NCBI RefSeq assembly: GCF_963921235.1
Contig: NC_086108.1
Span: 23,498,001 to 23,562,000 of the forward strand
Direction of reading: 5' to 3'
From: Mobula hypostoma
Taxonomy: Eukaryota
Length of the DNA: 64,000 bases
Position numbers and translations under genes: made by a program. This document shows positions 25,425 through 38,989 of the stretch, one piece after another (positions within the stretch are counted from its first letter, which is position 1; each line of letters opens with the position of its first letter). The notes beneath the pieces are model-generated. The model was not told where the DNA came from and did no database searches. It worked only from the letters and a program-made list of their open reading frames with translations.

Positions 25425-26944
25425 AAAAAAATGGTAAGATTTGATGTAAGTGTAAAAGCTAATGGATAATATACAGAGTAGATAGAGAGAAGCCATTCCA
25501 ATTTTATTTCAGAACTGGCCATTTCTAATGAAATGCCAGAAGCCTAACATTGTTTTCTCTTTCTTCTTTGAATACTATTGTGCACTCTCATATGATAAAT
25601 CCATTAGACCCATTATTTTTTAAAATATCTGCTGCTTTGAAATTAAAAACAATGTCTCTTTAAGTTGCATTTGTGTGTCTTGGCATTCTGTCCCTCTCCA
25701 AAAATGTGTGGTGTAATTTTTTCTCTTTCAAGATCCTTGAGTGCAATAATTCTTCTCCATTGCTATTTCTCATCAGTGTTTGTTTTCCCCCTTCCTCCAG
25801 TGTGCTGTTCACGTTCTTCGCTCTGTCTCCCTTTTATCCATGTGGTTTTAGTTCATCTTATATTCATCCAGTTTATATCTTGCCTCCTTCATGTTATGTT
25901 ACTTGTTGTGCAGATTTGTAAGGTATGAACAGGAAATACAGCTGTGTCAAAAATATTTTTTTATAATAGCATTCACTAATGAAGTCTGAAAAGACTCCAA
26001 ATTATATCAATTTGGCTGAGGTAATTGCCACATGTGTTAGCCATGAAGCATTTTTATTAAGATAATCTAACTTTAAACATCTGCACAACATATGAAATAT
26101 TTAGAATATACTACATAGTCTTCAAGTGGAGAAGTAAAGCTACTTAATATTTTTGAAGTCCTTTAATAAAGTGACAGCTACTTTGGTCCAAAGGACGGCA
26201 AATATTAACAGAAAATGTCAGAAATAATTAGCAAGTCAGGCAGCTTCTGTACAAAGAGAAACAGAGTTGATGTTTTAGTTCATTGACCATTTAGAAACAG
26301 GAAAAGTTAGATATTAAGCTGAGCAGGACAAGGGAAATATTGCATTAGAGTGAATAGTAAGAAAAACTGAATGACACAAGTGGTGATGGAGGCTTCTTAA
26401 TCAGAGTTGATCTGACCGGAGGAGATGTAAACAGAAGGGATTGTTTAATGACAAAGGGAATTAAAGAAAATACACTATAGTCCTCGGGATTCATAATTAA
26501 ATTCAACAATCTCAAGTAACAAACCTTTATATTTTGTTTCAGAACTGGCTAATTCTAATGAAATATCATATGCTTAAAATTATCCTTTTCCCTTTCTCTC
26601 TCCCTTTACGTATTCCCCCCTCCCCTTACCTTCCTCTCCCCCCCTTCCAAATTCTGCCTGATCTGTTGGATATTTCCTGCATTCCAAATTCATATATCTA
26701 CCAGATGCAATGTTTTGTAACCCACAATGGGAACACATTTTTTTTTCTTTGTCCTAATTCATCTCCCTCTATTTACGTCTCCTCCAGAGAGGCGAAGAAT
26801 GATTAACAATCCTTGACCATCCTCTGTCAGTAAACAACAGCACATGTGTCATTCAGTCTCTCTTGGTCCACATTCAATGCAGGCATACCTTCTGTTCTCC
26901 ACATCCGTCTGCTCCTCCCTGTAACTTAATAATGTTCGATTGCT

Positions 26945-27400
26945 GACTTGGAATTGTTTTTATTATTGTCACATGTACCGAAGTACTGTGAAGACCATGT
27001 CATACTTACTGTTCAAACAGATCAATTCATTTCACAGTGCATTGAGGTAGTACATGTAAAGCAAAAAAATGCAGAATAAAATGCAACAGTTACAGAGAAA
27101 GTGCAGTGCAAGGTAGAAGATAAGGTACAAAATCATAATGAGGTTGATTGTGAGGTCAGGAGTCCATCATATTGTTCTGCGGAACCGTTCACTCGTCTTA
27201 TAACAATGGGTTAAAACTGTCCTTGAGCTCAAATCTGGTGGTGCATGCTTTCAGGCTTTTGTACCTTCTGCCCCATGGTAGAGGGGAGATGAGAATGTCT
27301 AGAGCAGGTGAGGTCTTTACTATGGCAGTGAGAAGTATAAACAGAATTCATGGAGAGGAGGCTGGCTTCTGTGATGTGCTGAGCTATGTCCATAAAGTCT
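26945..27400 (-). mobile_element. Rex1/Babar 3' remnant
   Basis: ttattattgtcacatgtaccgaagtactgtgaa tail and ctggtggtgcatgctttcaggcttttgtaccttctgccccatgg (antisense of the P.GRRY.SL motif). Confidence 0.65.
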
Positions 27401-27599
27401 GTTGTACTGAATTATTACCTTTGGTTCTCTTCCTGCAGATGCTGGGCAGTTGCAGCATTTTCTGTTTCTAGTTCTAACTTTCAGCTTCTATGGTTGTTTG
27501 CTTTTTAAAATCAGATGCATTCCAGATATTCAGAAATGTGAGGCTGGAATGAAGAGATATCACAATTGACTCAAATCCTTAGTGGACAATAATCAAGTA

Positions 27600-28320
27600 C
27601 ATCATGGAGAAACTTGGCAGTATCCACTTTAAGAGGAGAGTTCCTGGTTAGTTCTGTGAATCATATTCCTGATAAGTTATTCAAACCATCTTACAAAGCA
27701 ATTAGGTCAAACAATGAGGGTACACTATTAGGTATTATTCTTATGAATTTCAAATGGCACAAAATAAAGTTCAGTATTTGAAGCTACAAAAGTAGTGACA
27801 GAGTCTTAATGAAAATTTGGTTAATTTAACAGGAAAAGATGACTTAGCAAAATTGGGAAACAAATGGAGTGGGGTGGGGTGAATTTCAAACATATGAACA
27901 CAATAAAGTGGTATCCATCAAAAAGGCTAATCCTTGGTAATAATCACTTGGTATTCATTAACCAGCCAGTCAATGTGTCATTTTATCAGTGAGTATAATT
28001 GAGATTTGGAGCACCTCAAAACAATTTGTTTTGTGAGCCAGACCTCTCTGAGTTGGAACATTTGGCAAATTAATCTGCAGTTTTGGATACCATGACATCA
28101 AAAGGATATTAATGCACTGGCAAATGTTCATAGGTTAGCAACAAAGATGATTTAAATACTTAGGGATTGCCTCTTATTTATATTTTAAAAAAGGGCTGGG
28201 AGAACTTGTTTACATTAGAGAAAAGATTGAATTTGAACTTGATCCAGGTTTTTTAAAATGCTGAGAGATTTGGATGGTGCTGATATGAACAGGCTATTTA
28301 ACTTGGATTGTGAGTATTGA
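27600..28320 (+). mobile_element. Ancient CR1 remnant
   Basis: Decayed RP.LE...Q.W.P...KDI..L..VQR..TKMI and L.F.LEKR..DLIQVFKML motifs at about 28040-28290. Confidence 0.55.
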
Positions 28321-29649
28321 TACTTTGTGGTTTTGAATCATGTGTTCGATTTTGATTGTGGCCAGATAGAGAAAAAATAATAGTGAGGAACGGAATTTCT
28401 TTTGGTAAATGCGATTTACAGAATAACTAATAATGGCATGAACACCATGTCCACATAACACCAAGATTGAAAGTGGGAATTATAAATCCTGCAGTGTACT
28501 GTGTTAAAGGTTTTGAGATGTTTGTCAGTTTAGTTTTGTACATATGGATTGTGCCCATTTAGATCTTCAAGTTATCACAGGGAGGATAGTGCTTGTCAAA
28601 TGGTTGTTAGTGATTAGTCTCAACGAAGAGTATTACTTGAGGCAGTACTTCCCCTGAAAATTTTGTACTTTTAATCTTACCATTTTCTTGCACAACAGAT
28701 TCAAAACATCAGAATATGAAGGTACAGTATTCATCTTTCTCCTGTATAATGTCATAATCTGAGCATCTGATACTGAAGATAGTAGCAAGGGACAAAACCC
28801 AGATACAAGACTGGAGTTCAATTTCAGCATTCAGAAAATCAAAACGTGCCTGATTTGCTGAGGTTTTTTTCCATCATTTTGTTTCAATTCCAGCATTGTT
28901 TCATTGTGTTCATTTGGTTGTACTTATCTTTAATGAAAATTTGTTAAATAAGACTTGAGTTGCAAGTAAGTATTGTATTCAGTATTTCTTTAATTTTACT
29001 TAAATCAATGCCACATTCAAGATCGTAGGGTTCTAACGACTGTTCCATAAGTCTAACCTATATCATTACCAAAGGTCAATTGACAGCAGCAGTTGAGCGC
29101 AGTTCTGCCCCATCGAACACAGTCCAGTCTGATCTGAAAGATTTTGTGTAATCAATACAAGTTTCCTCTTCTGTACATTTTGTAAAGTGGATAGAACTCA
29201 GGGAAAGAGCTGAGGTGTTTTGAAATAACACCCAAGTAAGTTCCAGAATATGCCAGCAATCTGCTGTGCCGAATCAATTAATGGATGTTTAGGAGTGTAT
29301 TCTGTTGTCAAGTGAAACATGTGGCAGATGATTAATTGTGACTTGGGGTCAGGTCCATTTTCTTTTCATTCTTTTACAACTTTTCAGCAGGGAAATAAGC
29401 ATTTTTCAGACTGTGAGGAGTAGAGGGAGCATAACCACAATCCATACAGATAAACATTGCTGCAGAGAGCTGACTAGGAAGAGCTGCTGAGCCAGTATTG
29501 TGAGGGACACAAACCCATAGCAGTAACAGTACCCATTACCACAAAGTACTGGGAGAGAGGAGTTAAAGCATCCAGATACACAGGAATTGAATTTCAGAGG
29601 AAATATAACCATGACTGCTGCTATTTCAATCTTGATCTAAATGGATAAA

Positions 29650-30640
29650 TGAGTAGCAATGAGTGATACAGAGGGCAGGGGGAGGAAGGAGAGGTGATGT
29701 TCCAGACAGCTGAGAGTGGTAACTGGGAACACAAAGCCATGCAATGCTGGAATTTTATAAGTAAAGAAAGCAATAAATAGGAACCATTAAAGCAGAGGTG
29801 ATGGGCAGATGGAGCCAGATTGGTGGGGGGCGGGGAGTGGGTGGAGATCCACTAAGTGAAATATGTGGTTCATTGGTAGAGAGGGAGGGGACAAAATGAG
29901 TGGTGGAGACTGAAGAAGGAGTATAAGGAAGAGGCCAGAAATGAGAGAACTACAGATGAATCAGAAAGGCGAGTGTGGAGGGGAAGCACAGGACATAAAG
30001 CAGTGCCTGAAATTGGTAAATTCAATGTTCATTCCTTTGGGTTGTAGACTGCCCAGGCAAAATATGAGGTGTTGTTACTTCAGCTCATGATAGGCCTTAA
30101 TCTGGCACTGGAGTAAGGCGATAAGGGACAAGTCAATGTGGGAACGCAGAGGGTATTTGAGATGGCATGCAAATAGGATTTCTGGATGGTCATTGTATAC
30201 AGAGCATAGGTGCCCTCTGAAATTGTTGCCTAGTCAACACTCGGTCTTGCTGATGTAGAAGAGGCCACAATGGAACACTGAATGCAGTAGATGAGATTGG
30301 GGGAGGTGCATGTAAATTATTGCCTCACCTAGAAGAGCTGTTCGGTTCCTAGATGGTGGTGAGGGAAGAAGTGTAAGAACAAGTGTTGCGCAACTTTCTG
30401 TGGTTGCATGGGGAAAGTGTCAGGGGTCATGGGGGAGTGAGTGAGAAGGATGAGCAAACCAGGGGGTCATGGTTGAGAGATCCCTGGGGAAGATAAAAAT
30501 GGGTGGGAGGAAATGATATGGCTGGTGGTGAGAGCTGGTGGAAATGATAAAAGATGATTGGAGAGATGAGAGACAATATTGCTTTGGGGATGATTTGAGT
30601 CTTAACAATTGGAGGTATGATTACCACTGGTGAAGAGAAA
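29650..30640 (-). mobile_element. Penelope-like element remnant with GIY-YIG endonuclease pseudogene
   Basis: Minus strand at about 30390-30010 reads, with stops and frameshifts, NTCSYTSSLTTI..F*VRQ*FTCTSPNLIYCIQCS-CGLFYISKTEC*LGNNFRGHL...QHLIFCLGSLQPKGMNIEFTNFR. Confidence 0.85.
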
Positions 30641-30734
30641 GGAGGTATGATCAGCTGGAGGTGAAAGAATGGTGTGTGCTAAGAGAATTGTAAGGATGAC
30701 AGAATCAGACAGATGAGATAGCAGATGGTTTTAA

Positions 30735-31560
30735 TGTGGATGACAGAGGTATTTGAGCTGCTGCCTCTAGTAACCCAGGGTTCAATACCCATCTCTGTGT
30801 GTCCTGTCAGAATCTTGCACAATCTTTGTGACTATGTGTCATTCTTCCAGAAGCCTAGTTTCTTCCTGCATGTCAAGGGCGTTCTGATTGGTATGTTAAT
30901 TGCCGTTGTAAATTGTCCCTAGAGTGTACATGAGTAGTAGAATCTGGAATTGGGCGGGAGGAGTTGCTGTGGACGTGGGGAGAATGAAAATGGGATTGAG
31001 TTAGAATTTGTGCACATTAGTATTTAGATTAGACTAGATTAGATTAGATTCAACTTTATTGTCATTGTGCTGAGTACAGGTACAAAGCCAATGAAATGCA
31101 GTTAGCATCTGACCAGAAATGCTAAGAATAGTGTTATTTACAAAATAACTGCGAATAAAGAGTAAGTGCTACAGCACACAAATATAAAAGTACTGAGACA
31201 GTACAATATGGGTGCAATACTGCTTAGCGCTGTGATGTGAGGTTCAGCAGGGTCACAGCCTCAGGGAAGAAGCTCTTCCTGTGCCTGCTGGTGCTGGAGT
31301 GGAGGCTCCTGTAGTGCCTACCAGATGGGAGGAGAGTAAAAAGTGCATGGTTAGGGTGAGATGCATCCTTGATAATGCTTTTCTCCCTGCCCAGGCAGTG
31401 TTTAGGGTAGATGTTCTCAATGGTGGGCAATTGGGTGCCAATAATCCGCTGGGCAGTTTTCACCACATGCTGAAGCGCTTTGCGGTCCGATACGGAACAA
31501 TTGGCATACCACACTGAGATAGACTCAGTTGGGCCAAAAGGCTTGTCTGCTGCATGACTT
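30735..31560 (+). mobile_element. V-SINE-like element interrupted by the Rex1 fragment at 31024-31519
   Basis: tRNA-like head (gagctgctgcctc..cccagggttcaat), body gttaattgccgttgtaaattgtccctag, and a CR1-type tail resuming at about 31520 (gactcagttgggccaaaaggcttg). Confidence 0.6.
31024..31519 (-). mobile_element. Rex1/Babar LINE 3' fragment with (AATCT)n tail
   Basis: ISVWYANCSVSDRKALQHVVKTAQRIIG..SIIKDASHPNHALFTLLPSGRHYRS; (tagat)n at about 31025-31049 on the + strand. Confidence 0.9.
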
Positions 31561-32899
31561 AATATAGATGAGGACTTTAAAATGGAGGCACCAGGAGCCC
31601 ATGAAGACAATGCAGTGAATATGTTAGCATGTTTAAATTTAGGCTGGGAAGTTGGTTATATTTAGGTAAACTTAAATTTTACAGAGGATTTTAGGAGAGT
31701 GGAGAATTGTCAATATCTGGAAGTAATAAAGATATGAAAGAGGAATGGAACTGAAGCAAAAACACGGAAGCCCATGGGTGAAGAATGTCCATCTTGGACA
31801 TAACATAGGCCAACTAGGCCTTAAAGATCCTGTGGAGAAACTGTTTATCTTCAATGATGGCTGATCCCTATCTGTTGTTTTTGGAGGAGGGGGTTCTTGA
31901 AGGGGGAAAGAACTATATCGCAACATCTGAAAACTGCCATTGTTGCTATGAGATATGGCTCCATATGTTGCTTTAATATTATGTGTAGGAAATTTGAGTG
32001 CTGCAGAAAGACGGAGAGCTTTCACAGGTGTGGTGGTAGGCTGATTATAACTATCAATGAAAAGTGGGTTGGATTCAATTTGAAATCCAAAACAAATATT
32101 TTTGTGCCAAATGATCATTTCTCATTCCAAAAACGTGTTCTGTTTTCTGTGGATTGACCTTGGAGCACTGAAAGTTTGACATGCAAGGCTGTAATCTGTC
32201 CTCATTTGTATGTGTCATATAATTTGATACTGAACACAGTCTATGGCTAACAAATTCCTTCTTAGCTACCCTACCTTCTCGTTGGGAATAATTATAAGAT
32301 AATTTGATTGGACGTTATGCAATCTATTGTTTTGAGAGTACAAACTATTATCATTAAAAGTGCTTGATGCCCATCTAATGTATCTACTCTCTTTGTTTAT
32401 CACTAGTGAACCAAATAATGGGGAAAAACGACAAATGTATTTTCAGAAGGAATACAGTGGAACTATTTCACTGCATTCAGATGTTTGTGTAGACTAAATT
32501 ATATCGGTGTACTTTCAAGCATGGACTTGTAAAACTGATTGTTCCACATGCATATTATATGAAAAGCAGTTCTGAGCAGCTTTCAGCACGTTTTTGATTT
32601 GTTGGGAAATCTTAAAACATTCAATGACACATCTGGTTTTCATCTGCCTTCGCCTCACCTACACAATTCCATCACAAATAGTTTTTATTGTAAATTTTGA
32701 TTATTTCCTAATGGCGGAGGCACCACATGTGATTAGAAGCACTGGCACAGTCGGTAAATTGCACACTGAGTTCACAATCTTGTTAAACTAAACTTTATTT
32801 TTGTATTTATTGTCCTTCCCAGTTGCCTGTTGGGAAGTAATTATCAGTCCTCACTTTTTAAAGACTGAACTACCCATTTTGTACTATTCTTGTTTTTAG

Positions 32900-32998
32900 C
32901 CTTTTCAAGCTGATGGTTGGTGTGACAAAATCAACAATAGAGCATACTGCCAGTATGATGGAGGAGACTGCTGCCCATCAACGCTCTCTTCCAGAAAG
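32900..32998 (+). CDS. PAPPA2: Pappalysin-2 penultimate coding exon (LNR3 Lin12/Notch repeat)
   Basis: Acceptor ttcttgtttttAG at 32898-32899 and donor GTgaga at 32999; 99 nt, phase 0/0. Translates [33 protein letters not shown], which matches human PAPPA2 [33 protein letters not shown] as I recall it. The QADGWCD motif favours PAPPA2 over PAPPA. Confidence 0.96.
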
Positions 32999-35633
32999 GT
33001 GAGATTAGAGAAGTTAAATTTGAGAAGTATTGATGTGTTCAGAATGAAGAGAGATTTTCGGCACAGACAATGTGGGCTGAAGGGCCTGTTTCTGTACTGT
33101 TTTATGTCAGGGCGTTCTATTATGATTATTCATTCATTAGTCATTCTGTTTTTCAGTTCATTCTTCCTTCAAGTTCTACAATTAAACTGTTGGAGATGTT
33201 AATTGTATCGTTCTGACTTTTATGAAACAAAATACCTTAAATTCATCTTACAGAGCTGAGCTTTCAACTTTATATTGGTAAATTACCAATACTACTTACT
33301 TTCTGTACTTGCTTCTTGGAGTAACCTATTGAAATTACTACCTGTATCTTAGTTTTCCATTTTGCTTTGCATCAACAGCATCCGTGGATGCATCGAACAC
33401 TGCATTTTCAATTTAGGAGATTTACATAGATCATAACAACCTCAGTATCCTGCATTGATCCCCACGATGCACAAGTAACCAAAGCTGCCCAACACACATA
33501 TTAAGGTACTCTCTGTTCTAGATCTGATCCACTACCTACAGTTGCAAATCCAGATGGGGTGAATGTAGGTTACAGAATATTGAAAAACATTGTCAACATC
33601 TGTATAGAGCCTGATTATCATTGTTAGTGTGGCATCCTTCGTGTAGTAAAATGCACAAGGCATTTTGCAAGACAATCATTTTAAACAAAATTTGAGCCAC
33701 AATTATATACTATATATTTTTGTTACGAAATATTTGGGAAACTTAATAGAAGTCTCATGGAGACAGTGTGGTCTGCACTTCTCAATTCAGTAAAAGTAGA
33801 GTGTTCAATAGAAAAAAAACCTATATATAATACAATACTCATGCAATACAAGCCTGACACCAGCTGCTACTAACTTGATACCTGTGGAAGGCATTGGTAG
33901 GTCTAAAGTAATATTAGAAGGTTCACCAAAGGTAATGAGATGTGCAATATTAGCTGGATCGATCGCCGATTGAAAAAAAAATCATAGCTGAGCCAGCTCG
34001 CACCTTTGCTGATGACATGCTTTGGAAACGTAGTGATCAGAATCCAGAGAACTGGCCATTCTTGGTGGTGTAACCATGGCCCTCTCTCTGGCTAAGGCTG
34101 TTGATGAGGGGAAAGCATTTAAGTGTTAGGACCAATAATTCATTCATTAAAACATGATGTCACTTTCTGACTCTTGGCTGTAAAGCAAAGAAAGCAGGAA
34201 AATCTCCTTTAGATTGTAATCATTATTTTTATTTCAGCTAAGGCTTTAAGGTATGAAAGATTGCCCAGTAGGATGTTGCCTGAAGCTGTAAAGTTACATT
34301 TATAGTAATGTTATATACTCTGACTTTTTTATTTGCAAGCACGGTAGGGGTGCTCACATCTTAAGCTGCATGCTGTCTGGACCAGTAACTGCTCCACTAA
34401 GTGTTTTATTACAGTATGTCTGTGCTTCGCATTCATGGCCAGAATCCCACTACCACTGGCAATTTGAAGATTCTAATCAATGAATGTCGCAGTAGGATAT
34501 GTTTTTGCACAGAAAGACTGACTTATGGAAATTATAATTTGAAAATATTGGTGATGTAAATATTTGATTTTGGGCTATACTGCAGTGAATCAGGTAATGT
34601 ACAATACTGGAGACTGAATTTATAGTTAATGGGGTCAAACTGAAGAACCTTGCTATTTGGTATACAAAACTCCATTCTAAAAACTGGGGAAATGTTGATC
34701 ATCAGTGTAAGTACTTCTTGGTTTTGGTGCCTTAAGGAGGAAGGAACCTCAGTACATTCTGAGCTGGAGAATAGAGTTGAGGGTGAAAAATACTTTGGAT
34801 TGATTGAGATAGCCTTCGGGGGTGTGGGGGGAGCATTCAGCCCTGATGGTTTACAAACATCACCACCATCCAGTAGACCTTGTGCCTCACAAGGCCATGG
34901 ATCAGTATGGTCTGAGATTGGTAGGGAGTCTTTTGTGTGACATTTGAGGTAGGATGGTAGTGTCCCTTTTTTTCCCAAGAATTCTTTGAAGAATATCATC
35001 GAATTGCTTCCACTAAACACCCAGTAATATATCTTAGGTGGCAAGACTTATAAAAGATTGTCAATTTCTGGAGTCTGATTTCAGGAATGGGACTAATTTA
35101 GCCTGCCCAAAGGATCTGATTGAGTACAATTAGTTCCTTGGTATCGGCCTGGGAGAGAGCACACTGATGTTGGTTTGCTTATCCTTCCAGGTGATTGGGA
35201 GAATTTTGCAGAGGCATTAGTGGTGCATTTCCCATGCTTCAAGGCACCTTCTCTAAATAGTCCGGATCTCAGAAACATAAAAGTTATTGATTTCAAACCT
35301 GGCACTAAAACACAACTACAGGTATACTCATACATGTGGCTGAATACTTCAGTACCCACTGATATCTCTCGTCATTGTCTTCCCCACTGTAATACTCAAA
35401 ACTAGCTAGTCTACGTCATAGCATTCAGTCCCTTGCTGCCATTGCCATGCCTTATCACTAGTTAGTTTCAAATGGATCTTAATGCCTCCTTTCAGACCTG
35501 CCTTGGAGCACAGAGGGGGTGATTAGACACTGACTTTTGAGATGTACAGTAAATATGTGCAGGGCTGCACCAAAGCCTGTTGTACCCTGTACTCACATTA
35601 GAGGCACCATGCTCACTATTTTTAGTCAGGTAG

Positions 35634-38400
35634 ATCATAAGTCATAGGAGCAGAATGAGGCCATTCAGTCCATCGAGTCTGCTCTGCCATTCCATCATGG
35701 CTGATCCCGGATCCCACTCAAACCCATACACCTGCCGTCTCACCTTGTCCTTTGATGACCTGACCATCAGGAAATGATCAACTTCCGCTTTAAATATATC
35801 CACGGACTTGGCCTCCACTGCAATCTGTGGCACAGCATTCCAGATTCACTACTTTCTGCCGAAAAAAATTCCTCCTTACCTCTGTTCTAAAGGGTTGCCC
35901 TGAAATTTTGAGGCTGTGCCCTTTAGTTCTGGATAGCCATAGGAAACATCGTCTCCATATCCACCTTATCCAGTCCTTTCAATATTCAGTAGGTTTCAAT
36001 GAGATTCCCCGCATTCTTCTAATTTCCAGTGAGTACATGCCCAAAGCTGCCAAACGCTGCTCATTTATTAACCCCTTCATTCCCACAATCATTCTCATGA
36101 ACCCTTTCTGGACTTTCTTCAATGACAACACACATCTGAGACATGAGATATGGAGCCCAAAATTGTTGTCAATACTCCAAGGGCAGCTTGGCTAGTGATC
36201 TTAAAAAGGCTCAGCATTATCTCCTTGCTTTTATATTCTATTTCCCTTGAAATAAATGCCAACATTGCATTTGCCTTCTTTACCACAGGCTCAACCTGTA
36301 AATTAACTTTCTGGGAGTTTTGCACAAGGACTCCCAAGTCCCTCTGCACCTCTGATGTTTGAATTTTCTCCCCATTTAGATAATAGTCTGCACTTTAATT
36401 CCTTTTACCAAAATGCTCTCTCATACATTTCCCAACAGTGTATTCCATCTGCCACTTTTTTACCCATTCTTCCAATTTGTCCTTCTGCAATTGCATTGCT
36501 TCCTCAGCACTACCTACCCCGCCACCTATCTTTGTATCATCTGTAAACTTTGCGACAGAGCCATCAATTCCGTTATCTAATTCATTGACAAACAATTTGA
36601 AAAGTAGCGGTCCTAATACTGACCCCTGAGGAACACTACTAGTCACCGGCAGACAATAAGAAAAATCCCCCTTTATTCTCCCTCACTGCCTCCTGCCTGT
36701 CAGCCATTCTGCTATCCATGCCAGTATCTTTCCTGTAACGCCATAAGATTATATCTTGTTAAGCAACCTCATGTTTGGCACCTTATCAAACGCCTTCTGA
36801 AAATCCAAGTAAATACATCCATTGCCTCTTCTTTGTCCACCCTGCTCGCTACTTCCTCAAAGAACTCTAACAGATTCATCAGGCATGATTTCCCTTTACA
36901 GGAACCGTGCTGACTTTGACTTATTTTATCATTCGTCTCCAAGCACCCCAAAACCTATCCTTAATAATAGACTCCAACACTTTCCCAACCACTGAGGTTA
37001 GGCTAACTGGCTTATAATTTCCTTTCTTTTGCCTTCCTCCCTTCTTAAAGAGTGGAGTGACATTTGCAATCTTCCAGTCCACCAGGACCAAGCCAGAATC
37101 AAGTGATTCTTGAAAGATCTTGACCAATGCATCTGTTATCTCTTCAGCAACCTCTCTCGGCACTTTGGGATGTAGTCTATCTGCCCTAGGTGACTTATCC
37201 ACATTAAGACCTTTGAGTTTGCCAAGCACATTTTCCTTTATAAAACAATGGCACTCACTCCTGTTCCCTGACACTCACAGACCTCTGGCACACTACTAGT
37301 GTCTTCCAGAGTGAAAACCGATGCAAAGTACTCATTAAGTTCATCTGCAATTTCTTTGTCCCCCATTAATACCTCACCAGCATCATTTTCCAGTGGGCCA
37401 ATATCAAATCTCACCTTCCTTTTACTCTTTATATAACTGAAAACAACTTTTGCTATCCTGTTTTATATTATTGGCTGGTCTGTTCTCACATTTACTGCCC
37501 ACACCTGCCATTTGAGAACTTCTTCCTTTGTGTGCATATCTATCCTGTGCCTTGTGAACTATTTCCAGAAACTTCAATATGTCAATATGTTACTTCAATA
37601 AATTCTGCTCTGCTGTCATTCCCACCAATATCCTCCTCCAATCCACCTGGGCAAGTTCTTCTCACATGCCTCTGTAATTCTCTTTATTCCATTGCGATAC
37701 TGATACATGTGAGTTATGCTTCTCCCTCTCAAACTGCAGTATAATTCAATCATTATGATCACTGTCTCTTAAGGGTTCCTTTATATTAAGCTCCATAATA
37801 AGATCTGAATTATTACACAACACTCAATCTAAGATAGCCTTTCCCCAAGTAGGCTCAAGCACAAGCTGCTCTAAAAAGCCATCTCATAGGCATTCAACAA
37901 ATTCCTTCTCTTGCGATCCAACACCAATCTTATTTTCCCAAACCCCTTGCATATTGAAGTTGCCTTCTACTATTGTGACCTTATCCTTATTACATGCCTT
38001 TTCCTGCTCCCTTTGCCATCTTAATCCCACATTTTGGCTACTATTTGGAGATTTATATATGATTCTCATAATTTTTTTTATCCTTACAGTTTCTTAACTC
38101 CACTCACAACGATTCAACATTCTCTGACCCTATGTCATCTCTTCCATCTCTTCCCAACAGAGCCACACCACCACCTATGCCTTCCTGTCTGTCCTTTTGA
38201 TAAAAAGTGTAAGCTCCCAACTATGGCCCTCCTTCTGCCATGACTCAGTGATGCCCACAAAGCCATACCGACCAATCCATAATTGCACCACAAGTTCATC
38301 CACCTTATTCCGAATACTACGTGCATTTAAATACAGCACCTTCAATCCTGCATTCGTCACCTTTTTGAATTTTGCGTCTGCATTTGTACCCAGTCATTGT
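35634..38400 (-). mobile_element. Degenerate CR1 LINE covering ORF2 from its start, with internal deletions
   Basis: LKVLYLNARSIRNKVDEL (endonuclease N-terminus), WKIANVTPLFKKG, PQGSVLGPLLF, FTDDTK and a CR1 3' stem-loop at about 35640-35700. Confidence 0.92.
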
Positions 38401-38989
38401 CTTGTCCTTCCATACGTTCATGTTACAACATGGGAAAAGATGCGCATTGCTGGCAGTGAAAGCAACCGTGAATCAGAATGCTTGATTACTTCAGCCATAT
38501 CGGTATTTGCAGGGTATGTACTAATTTCACCTTGTGTTGAAGATGGGACGTAGTTAATGATCCTTTCAATAATTAGAAACAGGTTGCTGGGGAGGGGATA
38601 GCAGTATAGGTAGAGAAAAGCCTCAGCAATCTGAATGCCTTCTGTATTGGGAAGACTGGGGCAAGGGAACAAACAACATTCTGTTGTGGAACGCAATGCT
38701 CAAAGGACTCATTCGGATATTTACAGCTTGAATATTGGCATTTTCTTCAGGCAAAGACTAGTTAATTAGTATTGGTCTCGATTACTATTCATTGCAGATG
38801 AAAGTGACAACCTAAAATAAATCATCTTACTTCAATAAATTATGTTTGTCTCAGCATTTCTTTATTAGAGGACAGGTTAGCTAGGATTTCTACTACTGAT
38901 GGGTCATTCATGGAAATAAAGCTTGTTCACTTGAGAACAAGCGAAAGTTCATGATGATCTTTTCCTTCTGGAAATTTTCTCCTGGCACA

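Noticed and set aside
28455..28520. Frame reading ..NPAVYCVKGFE, reminiscent of the PAPPA exon ending HCVKGCE
   Set aside because: There is no GT donor after GAG, no upstream VCT..W.P motif and no acceptor, so it is a chance resemblance. I did not find the preceding PAPPA2 exon in the window.
31672..32157. Overlapping 148-aa and 86-aa ORFs upstream of the LNR3 exon
   Set aside because: No similarity to pappalysin CCP/LNR sequence or any protein I recognise.
34000..34045. Hammerhead-like string CTGATGA-catgctttg-GAAAC-GTA
   Set aside because: Stem I cannot form (G opposite G) and stem II is only 2 bp with a non-canonical closing pair.
34532..35044. 170-aa minus-strand ORF
   Set aside because: No recognisable domain or splice structure; compatible with a chance ORF in old intronic sequence.
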